Part shown: piece by piece, positions 39,785-49,773 of the stretch
How the letters are laid out: each line of letters begins with the position of its first letter
How positions within the stretch are numbered: the stretch's first letter is position 1
Assembly: GCA_964593355.1 (NCBI GenBank)
Contig: CAZQHM010000002.1
Span: 99,747-163,746, forward strand
DNA: 64,000 nucleotides
Reading direction: 5' to 3'
Source: an uncultured Myxococcales bacterium
Lineage (GTDB): Bacteria > Myxococcota_A > UBA9042 > CAIXZC01
Notes under the pieces: generated by a model
The model's database searches: none
What the model saw: the letters and a program-made list of their open reading frames with translations, nothing else
Told to the model about the DNA's origin: nothing
Made by a program: the position numbers and the translations under genes

Positions 39785-40979
39785 TCACTCCTTGGGGCAG
39801 ATTTCTATGGGGAAACTGTCAACCAATGCCTGCCCGTAGGGCGACTGCGTTACATGATACAACGGCACCTGTGAGGCCGTGAAGGCCAACTGCCCACCCT
39901 CGTCATCACTAGTCCCGACAGCATTAGAGACTGTAGCATACCCACCTATACCAACCGCTGCCAAACACTTACTGCCGTCTGGCTTATAGTTAAACATGTA
40001 CAATCGGGTTGCCCCCATGACCTGGAAATTCATGGGATAATCACCGAGAGCTATATTAGAGTAAGCAAAATGCATCTCAAACTGTGGGTTGTTATATACT
40101 ATTTCCTCGTTAACTTCCGACAACGATTCCTGAACTATGTATAGCCACTGCTTCTGTGTGTTTCTTAGCGCTAACGACACAGTAGCCTGCGCATCTGGGT
40201 TAGGTATCTGCTTCTGTGTACTACCATATTGCCCAGTAATGGCTGCCGCCATAACAACACCTTCTGGATGGCCAGCAAGATACTCTGTATCGCCTATCTT
40301 AGCATCATTAAACACATATCCAGAAGTAAAATCTATATCAACATAACCATATGGTGCTACATCTGTAGTACAAGCCCCGATATCATAGGTACCGCAGTCG
40401 AAACTGCACGTCGCTACTCCCCCCGTCCAGTCCGTCCCCAGCTCGGTGCACTCCTTGGGATCCCCGTCACACGCCTCAAGCCCCTCCTTCTTCCCGTTGC
40501 CACAATATGGCTTTCCGTTCGTGATACACCCCACCGTCGACCAACCAGAGCAGTCCGGCTTGCAGTATGCTGTCCCTCCAGTGAAGTTCATGATCAATTC
40601 CTTGCACGGCTTCGTACCGCCGTCGCAACTCTCCCCCGACTCAATGAGGCCGTTGCCGCACCCCTCCACCAAAGTGTTGTCCTCCTTGAAGTCAAAGGGG
40701 ATGTCGCTCCACAACTCACCCTCGCCAAGATCCGGCACGGCCAGGTCTGGCCCCACCTCCACCAGATCCACAACATCTTCTGCCACAACATCCTGGGCCA
40801 CCTCGTTGAGATCTGGCTGCGCAGATACCTCCTCTGCCTGGCCATCCTGCTCGCTCATGTCTTGCGATCCCGCCGTATCCTTCGTGCCGGAACTGGTGCC
40901 GGAATCCCCGGAACAGTTCCAAAGAACCAACAAGCTCAACAGCACCATGAACCGAGAAATCTTCTTCATGATTGGCCTC
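39785..40979 (-). CDS. Lipoprotein with two Myxococcus-type cysteine-rich repeats and a C-terminal domain of unknown function
   Basis: MKKISRFMVLLSLLVLWNCSG with a GGAGGGGAGG RBS. Repeats CGNGLIESGESCDGG and CGNGKKEGLEACDGD. The 5' part of the 631-aa ORF in the track is rejected because it overlaps the divergent gene at 41123. Confidence 0.6.
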
Positions 40980-41122
40980 CCCTCCGAAGAGCGCATCATT
41001 CTATACTGTGACGCCGCAAGGGAAAAGCCGAATGCCGAATTCCCTCTTCCCAACCACCTCTTGCCCAGAGCGCAACTTTCGGGCATTTTCCCCTGAGTAG
41101 CATGGAAAGGGGAGACTAAACC

Positions 41123-42235
41123 TTGTACAAACCACAGCTCGACCTGGCCATGGAGCTTCTCCAAGCTGCCTTTCGGCCGCTTCTGACCACCGTAACGGTG
41201 CCTCTGGTTAAGGCGTTGGGCCTGGTTTCTGCAACCGAGATTGAGGCAGCCCATTGGCCCCAGCAGCGAATCGCCTGGAAAGATGGCTGGGCCTTGGGAG
41301 GCAGCATTCAGGTGCCGGCGCATGAGCAGATACTCACGGGCCAGCCCGTACCTCAGTGGGCCGTAAGAGTCGTTCCCGACGAGTTGATGAAGCAGCGTCC
41401 CATGAGCGCATGGCTTGAAACCGCTCACCTTGAGAGGCCGGAAATCATGGCCGCTGGCAGAGAGTACCAAGCCGGTGAATCCCTGCTCAAACCCGGTGAA
41501 ATCATCGACCGGGGCAAGAAGAGCCAGTTGGCATTCCTGGGCATAGACACTGTAGCGGTGAACCCCGCCCCCCCAATCAAGGTGGTGCTGTTCGGCAGCG
41601 CCCAGGGGGCTGTTGGCAATGGTGGCAACGCTGCTGTCTCCTGGTTGTCCGACCTTCTTGCTGAACACGGTGTGCCACAACCGGAATTCGCCACGGCTGA
41701 TAGCCTACCACAGGTTGAGGCCCTGGCCCGGGGTACCTCTATTGTCTTTCTGGTCTCCGACGGCGCACCAGGCCGCTACGAGTCCCTTGCACCCATGTGG
41801 CGCCACCCCGAGTCTCCCTTCGAAACCATCTTCTGGAAATGGGCCCTCTACCCCTGCAAACACACCGGCCTGTTCCGCCTGGGCTCCACTCTCGTCGTGG
41901 CCTTGCCCGACCTCGCCTCCAAAACAATGCTCTCTGCCATGCTACTGGTCCCGGCCATCGCCTCCGCTGCCTGGAACTACCCCTGCGCACCACCGCTTGT
42001 ACTTCCTTGTCCAGTAGACGTTCAGGTGGAATCCGAGGCGGCCCGAATGGTGCCTCTTCGCTTGACTCTACGTTCCGATGGCACACACGTTCGCCCGCTG
42101 GACCTGGACAAAGTCTGGTCCGGCCGAGGCACTTGTGACGCCAACGCCTTCGCCCTCCTGAGACGCTCTGCAAAGGCCCACAGCGACTTGGTTAAATGCA
42201 GAGTGTTCGGCCATGCAGCGAGCATGCTCCAGTGA
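41123..42235 (+). CDS. MoeA-like molybdopterin-binding protein, divergent
   Basis: The N-terminal segment (LDLAMELLQAAFRPL...DIAWKDGWAL) resembles the MoeA N-domain MDGYAV region. The GGVSxG loop is degenerate. TTG start with an AAGGGGAG RBS. Confidence 0.4.
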   Translation: MYKPQLDLAMELLQAAFRPLLTTVTVPLVKALGLVSATEIEAAHWPQQRIAWKDGWALGGSIQVPAHEQILTGQPVPQWAVRVVPDELMKQRPMSAWLETAHLERPEIMAAGREYQAGESLLKPGEIIDRGKKSQLAFLGIDTVAVNPAPPIKVVLFGSAQGAVGNGGNAAVSWLSDLLAEHGVPQPEFATADSLPQVEALARGTSIVFLVSDGAPGRYESLAPMWRHPESPFETIFWKWALYPCKHTGLFRLGSTLVVALPDLASKTMLSAMLLVPAIASAAWNYPCAPPLVLPCPVDVQVESEAARMVPLRLTLRSDGTHVRPLDLDKVWSGRGTCDANAFALLRRSAKAHSDLVKCRVFGHAASMLQ

Positions 42236-42291
42236 TCGTCCGTCGGCGGCAATCTTTGGCATCACCTGCGAAAACCTGATAAGCGTGATTC

Positions 42292-43668
42292 TCAGTTCTT
42301 GATGCTGTGGATTGGACCCGGAATATTGCCACGAAGGTTTATGAAATTCTGGCAGGAGAAGCGGTTCACCGGCATCACGGCCAAGGTGCCCAGCAACCCG
42401 CCAAGGTCTATGAGGTCTCCGGCCTTCGCACCAGGCACAGGCACTATTCGAACGGCCGTTGTCTTGTTGTTCACCATACCGATAGCAAGCTCGTCGGCGA
42501 TAACCCCGGAAATGGTGCTCGCCGGCGTGTCACCAGGCACCGCCACCATATCCAGACCCACAGAACAGACCGCCGTCATCGCCTCCAACTTCTCCAGCGT
42601 CAGGCTGCCGCGCTTGGTAGCCTCGATCATGCCCTGGTCTTCCGATACAGGAATGAAGGCCCCCGAGAGACCGCCTACGTTCGAGGCCGCCATGGCGCCA
42701 CCCTTCTTCACAGCGTCAACCAGCATGGCCAGGGCCGCCGTAGTCCCCGGCGCCCCGGTACTCTCCAGCCCCATCAACTCAAGGATGTCACCGATAGAGT
42801 CCCCGATGGCCGGCGTGGGGGCCAATGAGAGATCCACTATGCCGAAGGGCACATCGTCGCCCAACATCCGAGCCACTTCACGGCCAACAAGCTCTCCGGC
42901 CCTGGTTATCTTGAAGGAGATTCTCTTGATAACCTCAACGATGTCGCTCAAGCCGGTCATGCCACCCGTGGCCTTCAGCCTCTCCAAAGCGGCACGGACC
43001 GCTCCAGGACCAGAAACGCCAACGTTCAGCACCACGTCCCCACCACCTATGCCGTGGAACGCCCCGGCGATGAAGGGGTTGTCCTCTACCGCATTGCAGA
43101 AAACCACCAACTTGGCACAACCCAGAGCGTTTGGCGTCTTGCTCGCAAGATCAAGGATGATCCCGCCCATTTTCCGAACACTGTCCAGGTTTATACCATC
43201 ACGGGTAGTTCCAAGGTTAATAGAGGAACATATTCTATTAGTAGAGGCCAGCGCTGCAGGTATAGACTCCATCAGCAGGTTGTCCGCCCTCGTAGCACCC
43301 TTGTGCACCAACGCACTATAGCCCCCAAGGTAGTCCACCTTGCAATCCTCGGCCACCTTGTCCAGAACCCGGGCCACTGCCACGAAGTCGTCAATGGACT
43401 GAAGCGCTGCGCCCGCTACCGCTATGGGTGTCACGGCTATGCGCTTGTTCACAATGGGGATTCCGTACTTGTCCTCTACGGACTGGGCCACTTCCACCAA
43501 TTTGCTGGCCCTGCTATATATACGATTATAAATAAACTCACAGAATGCCTCTCTGGATCTGTTAGGTGCATCCAGTAGACTAATTCCTAATGTCACTGTC
43601 CGTATGTCGAGATTCTCCGCTTCAATCATGCGGATCGTCTCGTGAACTTCCTTCATGGTGTATAGCAT
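42292..43668 (-). CDS. UPF0210 family protein (DUF711)
   Basis: N-terminal [29 protein letters not shown] matches the UPF0210 signature start. About 455 aa. The start lies 2 nt after the upstream stop, with an AAGGTG RBS. Confidence 0.75.
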   Translation of the reverse strand: MLYTMKEVHETIRMIEAENLDIRTVTLGISLLDAPNRSREAFCEFIYNRIYSRASKLVEVAQSVEDKYGIPIVNKRIAVTPIAVAGAALQSIDDFVAVARVLDKVAEDCKVDYLGGYSALVHKGATRADNLLMESIPAALASTNRICSSINLGTTRDGINLDSVRKMGGIILDLASKTPNALGCAKLVVFCNAVEDNPFIAGAFHGIGGGDVVLNVGVSGPGAVRAALERLKATGGMTGLSDIVEVIKRISFKITRAGELVGREVARMLGDDVPFGIVDLSLAPTPAIGDSIGDILELMGLESTGAPGTTAALAMLVDAVKKGGAMAASNVGGLSGAFIPVSEDQGMIEATKRGSLTLEKLEAMTAVCSVGLDMVAVPGDTPASTISGVIADELAIGMVNNKTTAVRIVPVPGAKAGDLIDLGGLLGTLAVMPVNRFSCQNFINLRGNIPGPIHSIKN

Positions 43669-43670
43669 TT

Positions 43671-44339
43671 TTACACCTTATGCATGGCGCTGAAGATGCC
43701 TTCGTGCATCACCAGAATCTTGACGCAACCCAGCCTGGCCTCCTCTTCAAGCAACTTCTCCTTGAAGACACGGAAGGAGACCCCCTTTGTAGCCAGACCC
43801 TGAAGGTCGACCACAAAGATCAACGAGAAATAGTCCCCCACAATGGTCTGGTTCATATCCGCAAGATCACCGCCGCACCCGGCAACGGCCGAGGATATTG
43901 CCGCCACAACCCCGGGGCGATTCCTGCCCACGATGGTCACCAAGGCTCTGCTCAAGGCAGTGTCTCCCTCGTGCAGAGACGCCAGCGCATCGTTGAGCTG
44001 GTTGCGATCAACCTTGCTCGGAGGAGCGGCCACAGTAGCTGCGGTCGCTACAGCCGACCCACTGCCCCCTAATGTAGAAGTACCCCCCGATGGCATGGTG
44101 CCCGCCGAAGCCTTGGCCCCAAGAACCTCCTTCACCACCAGATCCTCGATAAGCCTGGCCAGCTCTGCTGTGGATGCCGGCATCTCTGCTGTGGTCTTCT
44201 CCGTGGAATAGACCAGCTTGATGCCCTTGCGCATGGCAAACTCCCTTGCCGATGGCGTCAGGAGCATTTCCCGATCGACAACCACTGTGCCATCTTTGAC
44301 CAGAGCTTCCAGTTCGTGCTCAGTTATGGCTCTTTTCAT
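43671..44339 (-). CDS. ACT-domain protein (UPF0237-like) with an extra ~45-aa N-terminal domain and a low-complexity linker
   Basis: C-terminal [48 protein letters not shown] is an ACT fold. The UPF0237+UPF0210 gene pairing is conserved. N-terminus is [44 protein letters not shown]. Confidence 0.65.
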   Translation of the reverse strand: MKRAITEHELEALVKDGTVVVDREMLLTPSAREFAMRKGIKLVYSTEKTTAEMPASTAELARLIEDLVVKEVLGAKASAGTMPSGGTSTLGGSGSAVATAATVAAPPSKVDRNQLNDALASLHEGDTALSRALVTIVGRNRPGVVAAISSAVAGCGGDLADMNQTIVGDYFSLIFVVDLQGLATKGVSFRVFKEKLLEEEARLGCVKILVMHEGIFSAMHKV

Positions 44340-44671
44340 TTATTCTTCCTATTCACATTAACGGAATACTTATCTACTATTGCTACAACGGCAGCATCTA
44401 TGGGGCGGGTTGGTTTGGCGTTGGGCGCCAGCTCCGGCTCCACGGCCATTCTTCCCGCATGCCCATAAGCAACAATCACATCCTCACCCACACCAGCCCC
44501 CAAGATATCGGCAACAACGACACCGTCACCTGCTCCAGTGGGCGGCGCATCGGGGTCACTGGATAGGTCCGCCAGATGGTATGGCCTCACCACCAGAAAC
44601 TTCATCCCTTCAAGCCCTTCCCACTTCACCGTGGACCAGACGGTTCCAACAACCCGTGCCAGAAACATCAC
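44336..44671 (-). CDS. EutN/CcmL/PduN family BMC vertex (pentamer) protein, paralog 1
   Basis: MMFLARVVGTVWSTVKWEGLEGMKFLVV...VVADILGAGVGEDVIVAYGHAGR...PIDAAVVAIVD fits the EutN/CcmL consensus. 4-nt overlaps with both neighbours. Confidence 0.8.
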   Translation of the reverse strand: MMFLARVVGTVWSTVKWEGLEGMKFLVVRPYHLADLSSDPDAPPTGAGDGVVVADILGAGVGEDVIVAYGHAGRMAVEPELAPNAKPTRPIDAAVVAIVDKYSVNVNRKNK

Positions 44672-44982
44672 ACCCCTCCCTGGGTATCGAAGAGCTGCTC
44701 CAAATCCGTATATCCATCAACTATTCGGCATATTGCTGCTTCACAAAGTATTGATGAATCATTCTCCAAGCCAAACACTTTTCTTGCTCCGCTGCCCCAC
44801 GTCACCACCACCAGATGGCCCGTATCAGCCCCCATTCGGTCTCGAGCCACCACCACTTCACCCGTAGGGAGCAGCCGTCCATCACTCTGCTCCAGTCCAG
44901 CCACAAGCAGCATCTTGGCCCCGCTCAGTCGCTCATGCTTCTTGGTTGCCCAAACTTCGCCAATGACCTTGCCAAGCATCAT
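44668..44982 (-). CDS. EutN/CcmL family BMC vertex protein, paralog 2
   Basis: MMLGKVIGEVWATKKHERLSGAKMLLV...GSGARKVF...ILCEAAICRIVDG. Start overlaps the paralog-3 stop (ATGATG). Confidence 0.75.
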   Translation of the reverse strand: MMLGKVIGEVWATKKHERLSGAKMLLVAGLEQSDGRLLPTGEVVVARDRMGADTGHLVVVTWGSGARKVFGLENDSSILCEAAICRIVDGYTDLEQLFDTQGGV

Positions 44983-45368
44983 GGCGTCGCCTCTTCCTGA
45001 GAGTTGCCGCTGGCCGCTCCTGGTGAAAGCAGTTCCAAGGTGGCAATAGGATGATCTTCCCGAAGACGGAAGGGAATTTCTGGGTCCGTAAGGGCCGAAG
45101 CATCTATTTGGGTCCGGTCTACAATGGCCATGACGCTGGCCTCTATGGGGGTGCGAGCATCGCCCGCTTGCCAGCGTCCGGGGGCTCCCATGCAAACCAC
45201 CACGTCCTGCCCCTCTTCGGCACCCACCTTGTCCACGGCTATCAGGTTGTCTACGGCATGGGAGGGACGATACCAGAAATAGGGGCGCACGATGACCATC
45301 TTCAGATCGGCTAGCCGCTGGCTCTTCCTGGTTGCCCAGACTGTCCCCACTACGCTGCCGAGAATCAT
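44979..45368 (-). CDS. EutN/CcmL family BMC vertex protein, paralog 3 (C-terminal ~35-aa extension)
   Basis: MILGSVVGTVWATRKSQRLADLKMVIVRPY...AVDKVGAEEGQDVVVCMGAPGR...PIEASVMAIVD. Confidence 0.75.
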   Translation of the reverse strand: MILGSVVGTVWATRKSQRLADLKMVIVRPYFWYRPSHAVDNLIAVDKVGAEEGQDVVVCMGAPGRWQAGDARTPIEASVMAIVDRTQIDASALTDPEIPFRLREDHPIATLELLSPGAASGNSQEEATP

Positions 45369-45700
45369 CTCCTATCCCCGCCCAGCAGCGCTCTGTCCAC
45401 CTCACAAGAGTCTACAATGGCCACCACCACATCTTTGACCGGCATGCTCTGACCCACCGTGAGATCACGCACCCTCGAACCATGGGCCACCAGAACGTAC
45501 TCACCCACCCCAGCTCCAAGCTGGTCCACGGCCAGGCGCACGGCACCCCCTAATACGGGTGCTGGCCCATCGGCCGACAGCGCCAGCGTCCCCCTGCCCG
45601 CCGTCATGGCCAGAGGCTGAACCTTGACTATCTTGGCACCACGGAGATTCTCGCTCTCCTTGGCGCCCCATACCGTACCCGTGATACGACCGAGCAACAT
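45365..45700 (-). CDS. EutN/CcmL family BMC vertex protein, paralog 4
   Basis: MLLGRITGTVWGAKESENLRGAKIVKV...AVDQLGAGVGEYVLVAHGSRVR...PVKDVVVAIVD. GGAGGGAAG RBS. Confidence 0.75.
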   Translation of the reverse strand: MLLGRITGTVWGAKESENLRGAKIVKVQPLAMTAGRGTLALSADGPAPVLGGAVRLAVDQLGAGVGEYVLVAHGSRVRDLTVGQSMPVKDVVVAIVDSCEVDRALLGGDRR

Positions 45701-45794
45701 GGACTTCCCTCCGTCGGGGCGCAGGTATAGCAGCCTTGAAGGCCCAAAGCAACAACGCAAAAGGTCACTGCACCCACCTGAGAGAGGGCCGGGC

Positions 45795-48700
45795 TTAGTC
45801 GCAGCGGATGCTTCTTAGAATAGTGACCGTGGAGGAACCGGCGTTGAGCACCGCCAGATCGGGACAACCGTCGTTGTCCATGTCGGAAACTTCAAGATCG
45901 ATGGGGCTGGACCCAGCTGGCAGGTAGTGCGGGCCAAGGAACTCCCTGCCACCGGCGCCAACATAGATAGCCAGCTGATTCTGCTTCTTGCTCGAGACTA
46001 TGACATCGTTGATGCCGTCGTCGTTGACGTCGGCCACAGCAACCGCACTGGGTTGCAACTCATCGGTGCCCGCCTGCACCAGAAACTTGGGGGGATCAAA
46101 AGTAATACCGCCATCACGTCCGTACATAATAGAAATATTCTCGCCAAGTGCTGCAACAACATCAACAATGCCATCTTTATCGATATCTGAGGCTCCAAGA
46201 TCCTGAGGATTCATTCCAATAGCGTAAAGGTTAGGATTCAATCCAGTGCTGTGGAACTTGTAGGCGTTAGGCCCGCAGACCCCCTTGAGGTAACTCATGG
46301 AGCCGTTGGTCCAGGCTACCAGGATGTCGTTGCAATTCTCCCCGTCCGGGTAGAAGTCGCCGACAATCGCCGACACAGGCTCAATACCCACCTCCCAAGG
46401 CAGTGTCTGATCCGACGGCTTTGCCGGGCCATACCACGGTCCGCACGTACCCTCGCCGGACACCGGCACACACTTAGGCAACTCCGAACCCCCTGATGCG
46501 CCGCAGAAGGCGTCGGACATCTGCTGAATCGGCCAGTAGGGGGCGCACTCGAACCAGATCTGATCGTAACGCTGTGGACAGGTTATGAAACCGCCGATGT
46601 TCTGAAGCCAGTCGTCATCAAATCGGGTTAGATAGGTGGCCACAATGTCTGGCTGGAAGTCCTCGGGGTTCTCAACCTCGCCTACTGCCGGAGCAAATAC
46701 CACTATGTCGTCCATGGAATCGTTGTTCAGCTTTCCAAGCGCCAACCCGTTGGGGCTCTGCAACCCGAAGAAGCCACCCAAAGACCAGAAGTGACCCGGC
46801 TGAACCGAGGCCTGGGGAATGAAGTAGTCCGCATTGGCCCCAAATAGAGCCTCCTCCTCGGTGTGTGCTCCCTGAACCTTCCTGCACCCGCGCATTACCT
46901 CAATGGTCCTGGCCTCACAACCCGTAGTTCCCTTCTCATCCAGCGTTAACACAAGATCCATGCACTGGTCCGCAGTATCAAGCTTCCCCGCCGCCAACCC
47001 GGTTACCACCTCGAAATCGGGATTCAACGCAGACTTAATGGCAGGCATGGTCGGGAACCAGCCGCTGGAGAGCCAGGTCAGCACCATCTGCGCCTGAATC
47101 TCACTCTCTCCAAGAAGCTGATCCTGCTTGTCTACCACCACAACAAGATCGTCCCCCGGGAAGTTGTCGATGTTCTTCGCCAGAAACTTCAACGGCACCA
47201 CACGCCCCTTGGTCCAGTCGGCCTGCACCGGCATTGGAACCTCAAGCGGCGAAATGAAGGTCCCAGGACCCGCTGCGCCCCGGTTGTGAATCACAGCTAC
47301 CCGACCCTCTCCCACAAGGCAGGCAAGATCGTTGAAATTGTCGCCGTTGAAACGGCCAGCCACCAACGACCGTGGCTTCAAACCAGGATTCACCGAATAG
47401 TACTCACCAAAATCCCCCGCCGATCCCGGCTGATAACGGTAAATGCCGATACGGTTGGACTCCGGAACCGCCACAGCTATGTCCTTCTCGGGAAACTCAT
47501 CGAAGTTCGCCAAAGCTATCGAATCCGGATCCTCGCCGATGAACAGAAGATCTCCAAGCGGACGTATCCCACTGTTCAGCAACCCCATGGTCACCTGGTT
47601 CGTTACATGCTCCAACCCGAAGTCAACGTCCGACTGCCCCAGGTTCGGCCCCAGAGGATTGAAGTACCCCAGACCGTTGCCGCGCTCCACATACAGTGCA
47701 CCCATGGTCAGACCCGTCACCAGAACGTCGTCCAAGCCATCCTCAGTGAAGTCCCCAACCACCGCAAGCTTGGTTCCTCCACCATGAAGCACAGTGTCAT
47801 GAGCAATACCATACTTGCCGTTCTTGTCGTTGATCACAACCGACAAGGTCGGCTCTCCACCACGGCCAAGAACTATGTCTGGATAGCTATCAGAATCAAG
47901 ATAACCGAATTCAATGCTTGTTACGCCTGTAACACCTGTGAACACTGCCGGTATAGTATAATAATCCTGTATAATGTTGTTTTCTTCGCTTTTTCTGGTG
48001 TGAATGAAAATTGCTACGCTGTAGTAATCGCTTGGTCCACCAAGAACTATATCCGGAAATCCATCCACGTTCATGTCTCGAATTTTCAATATCGTAGCCT
48101 GCCCTGCCAGATCTGCCGAATATATAGGCTCATCTGGAAAACTCCACGTGGGCTGCCCTTCATCATTTACTCTCTGTGCGTATACATTAAGGTAGTCTAT
48201 TTCACCATCTGTGCTCAAAACCACCAAATCATCAAAACCATCGCCAGTGACATCGGTGAGCTGGGCGTCCTTAAGCCCTTCTGCCTCGAACAGCGGCTTT
48301 ATTGGCTGAACAACTCCATCCAATCCATTTCTGATAAGACCCACTCTTGTTGGAGTCACCGCCAGCAAGTCATCAATGCCATCCTCTTTATCGTAGTCGG
48401 CAAGATTAAGCTTAATGGCCCCAGCAAAGTTGTCATCTATCTGGGGATGGGCAGCTGATTCGTATTTTGGAGAAGCAATAATCTGGACAGGTATCTCAAC
48501 TTCAGTGATATTATCAACACAGTCGCTTGCCACGATCTTGAAAACATCGTTCTTCGTCGGGAAATCCGAGATATCAAGGCTGCGCGCAAAAGGCGTGCTG
48601 GACGTTGTTCCGTTCATTCCCGTTACCGATGGTTCCAACTCGGTGCTGCCCAGATAGAAATGCAGCTCCTTCAATCCCGACAGCGTGTCCCCAGCAACCA

Positions 48701-49385
48701 TGGTCGTCTCGAGGGTCTCGATGAACCTCAGAGTCTTACCATCCTCAACCTTAGGTTTCACCAACTGAATCTTTGGACCCGTAGTGTCCACAGCAATGGC
48801 CAACGTGGCCGACTTCTCCAACGGATCTCCTAACTCATCCTTGTTCTTCGAAAGAGCCAGAATCTTGAAGGGATAGACGCCATCCTTAACCACGCCCTCT
48901 TCGTCCTGCGCAAAGATCGTGTTAACCTCCAACCAGAATACCCCTGTCTCGTCGGGTAACTTGGCTTCGGTCACCAACACCCCCTCAGGCTTCTCCGGGT
49001 TCCCCATGAACAATAACCGAACTCGATAGATGCCCGCCGCCCCCTCAAACTTCCCCGCTGTGTGCTCTGCCCTCACCTTTATGCGAGTGCCATCCTTCAC
49101 ATGCCAGCCACAATCCTTGGGCGGAATAACCTTGGGATCACATCCACACAACGAAGGAGGATAGTATTGCAGAACCATGGGCAGATCCTTGGGCTCCTCA
49201 ACCTCATCGGCCAAATCCGGCTTCAATTCCGGCTCTACTGCCGTGTCGGGAGCGCTCTCATCCTGCACCACCTGGTCCTCCGGAGGCTGTGTCGTGTCCT
49301 CCTGTGAAGAGCCGCCACCGCTGCTGCATCCAGCGGCCATCAGTAAAAACATTAAACCTGCCACGCACGCGCTAATCCGGATCAT
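45795..49385 (-). CDS. Very large secreted lipoprotein with multiple FG-GAP/VCBS (integrin-alpha-like) repeats
   Basis: MIRISACVAGLMFLLMAAGCSSGG lipobox with a GGAGGAG RBS. Recurrent DGFDDLVV, NVDGFPDIVLG, DSYPDIVLG, NDDGINDVIVS and MDNDGCPDLAVL Ca-binding FG-GAP motifs. Confidence 0.7.
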   Translation of the reverse strand: MIRISACVAGLMFLLMAAGCSSGGGSSQEDTTQPPEDQVVQDESAPDTAVEPELKPDLADEVEEPKDLPMVLQYYPPSLCGCDPKVIPPKDCGWHVKDGTRIKVRAEHTAGKFEGAAGIYRVRLLFMGNPEKPEGVLVTEAKLPDETGVFWLEVNTIFAQDEEGVVKDGVYPFKILALSKNKDELGDPLEKSATLAIAVDTTGPKIQLVKPKVEDGKTLRFIETLETTMVAGDTLSGLKELHFYLGSTELEPSVTGMNGTTSSTPFARSLDISDFPTKNDVFKIVASDCVDNITEVEIPVQIIASPKYESAAHPQIDDNFAGAIKLNLADYDKEDGIDDLLAVTPTRVGLIRNGLDGVVQPIKPLFEAEGLKDAQLTDVTGDGFDDLVVLSTDGEIDYLNVYAQRVNDEGQPTWSFPDEPIYSADLAGQATILKIRDMNVDGFPDIVLGGPSDYYSVAIFIHTRKSEENNIIQDYYTIPAVFTGVTGVTSIEFGYLDSDSYPDIVLGRGGEPTLSVVINDKNGKYGIAHDTVLHGGGTKLAVVGDFTEDGLDDVLVTGLTMGALYVERGNGLGYFNPLGPNLGQSDVDFGLEHVTNQVTMGLLNSGIRPLGDLLFIGEDPDSIALANFDEFPEKDIAVAVPESNRIGIYRYQPGSAGDFGEYYSVNPGLKPRSLVAGRFNGDNFNDLACLVGEGRVAVIHNRGAAGPGTFISPLEVPMPVQADWTKGRVVPLKFLAKNIDNFPGDDLVVVVDKQDQLLGESEIQAQMVLTWLSSGWFPTMPAIKSALNPDFEVVTGLAAGKLDTADQCMDLVLTLDEKGTTGCEARTIEVMRGCRKVQGAHTEEEALFGANADYFIPQASVQPGHFWSLGGFFGLQSPNGLALGKLNNDSMDDIVVFAPAVGEVENPEDFQPDIVATYLTRFDDDWLQNIGGFITCPQRYDQIWFECAPYWPIQQMSDAFCGASGGSELPKCVPVSGEGTCGPWYGPAKPSDQTLPWEVGIEPVSAIVGDFYPDGENCNDILVAWTNGSMSYLKGVCGPNAYKFHSTGLNPNLYAIGMNPQDLGASDIDKDGIVDVVAALGENISIMYGRDGGITFDPPKFLVQAGTDELQPSAVAVADVNDDGINDVIVSSKKQNQLAIYVGAGGREFLGPHYLPAGSSPIDLEVSDMDNDGCPDLAVLNAGSSTVTILRSIRCD

Positions 49386-49773
49386 GGTCTCCTCCGCGCA
49401 GTAGACCAAGGGACATTCTCTGGTTCCCCCCCCTGCACGTCAAGTAATCCACCTATTTCTCTTTCCAAAGGAACACCCCTCTCCCTCGGAACTGGCCCAG
49501 GGACCATGCGCCTCCAACCAAACGGAGACCCCTCAGTACAAGGCAGCTCCACTGTCACCACCAAACCGACCCACACCGATGACCACGGCCCAAGCTCCTC
49601 TGACCACACATTTTCGCATTGACCGTTTGCCAAACAGGTTCGATATGGCCGGCGAGCGCCCGTTCGGCAAGGCCGGGCGCTGGGCGGCTGCGCAGTCGTG
49701 CTTTGCACGGCGAGCACGACCGGCCAAGCCCAACGCAGCCCAGCGGGATGATCGACGGTCAGAGCGAGCCTGT

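Noticed and set aside
40980-41680. 5' 230 codons of the 631-aa ORF 39785..41680
   Set aside because: No homology, and it overlaps the divergent gene at 41123. An internal ATG at 40979 with a GGAGGGGAGG RBS starts a canonical lipoprotein signal peptide.
42299-43321. 340-aa plus-strand ORF antisense to UPF0210
   Set aside because: Ala/Pro/Ser-rich antisense translation. The minus-strand gene has a conserved family signature.
47286-48458. 390-aa plus-strand ORF inside the FG-GAP gene
   Set aside because: It is antisense to the FG-GAP repeat protein and its sequence is not protein-like.
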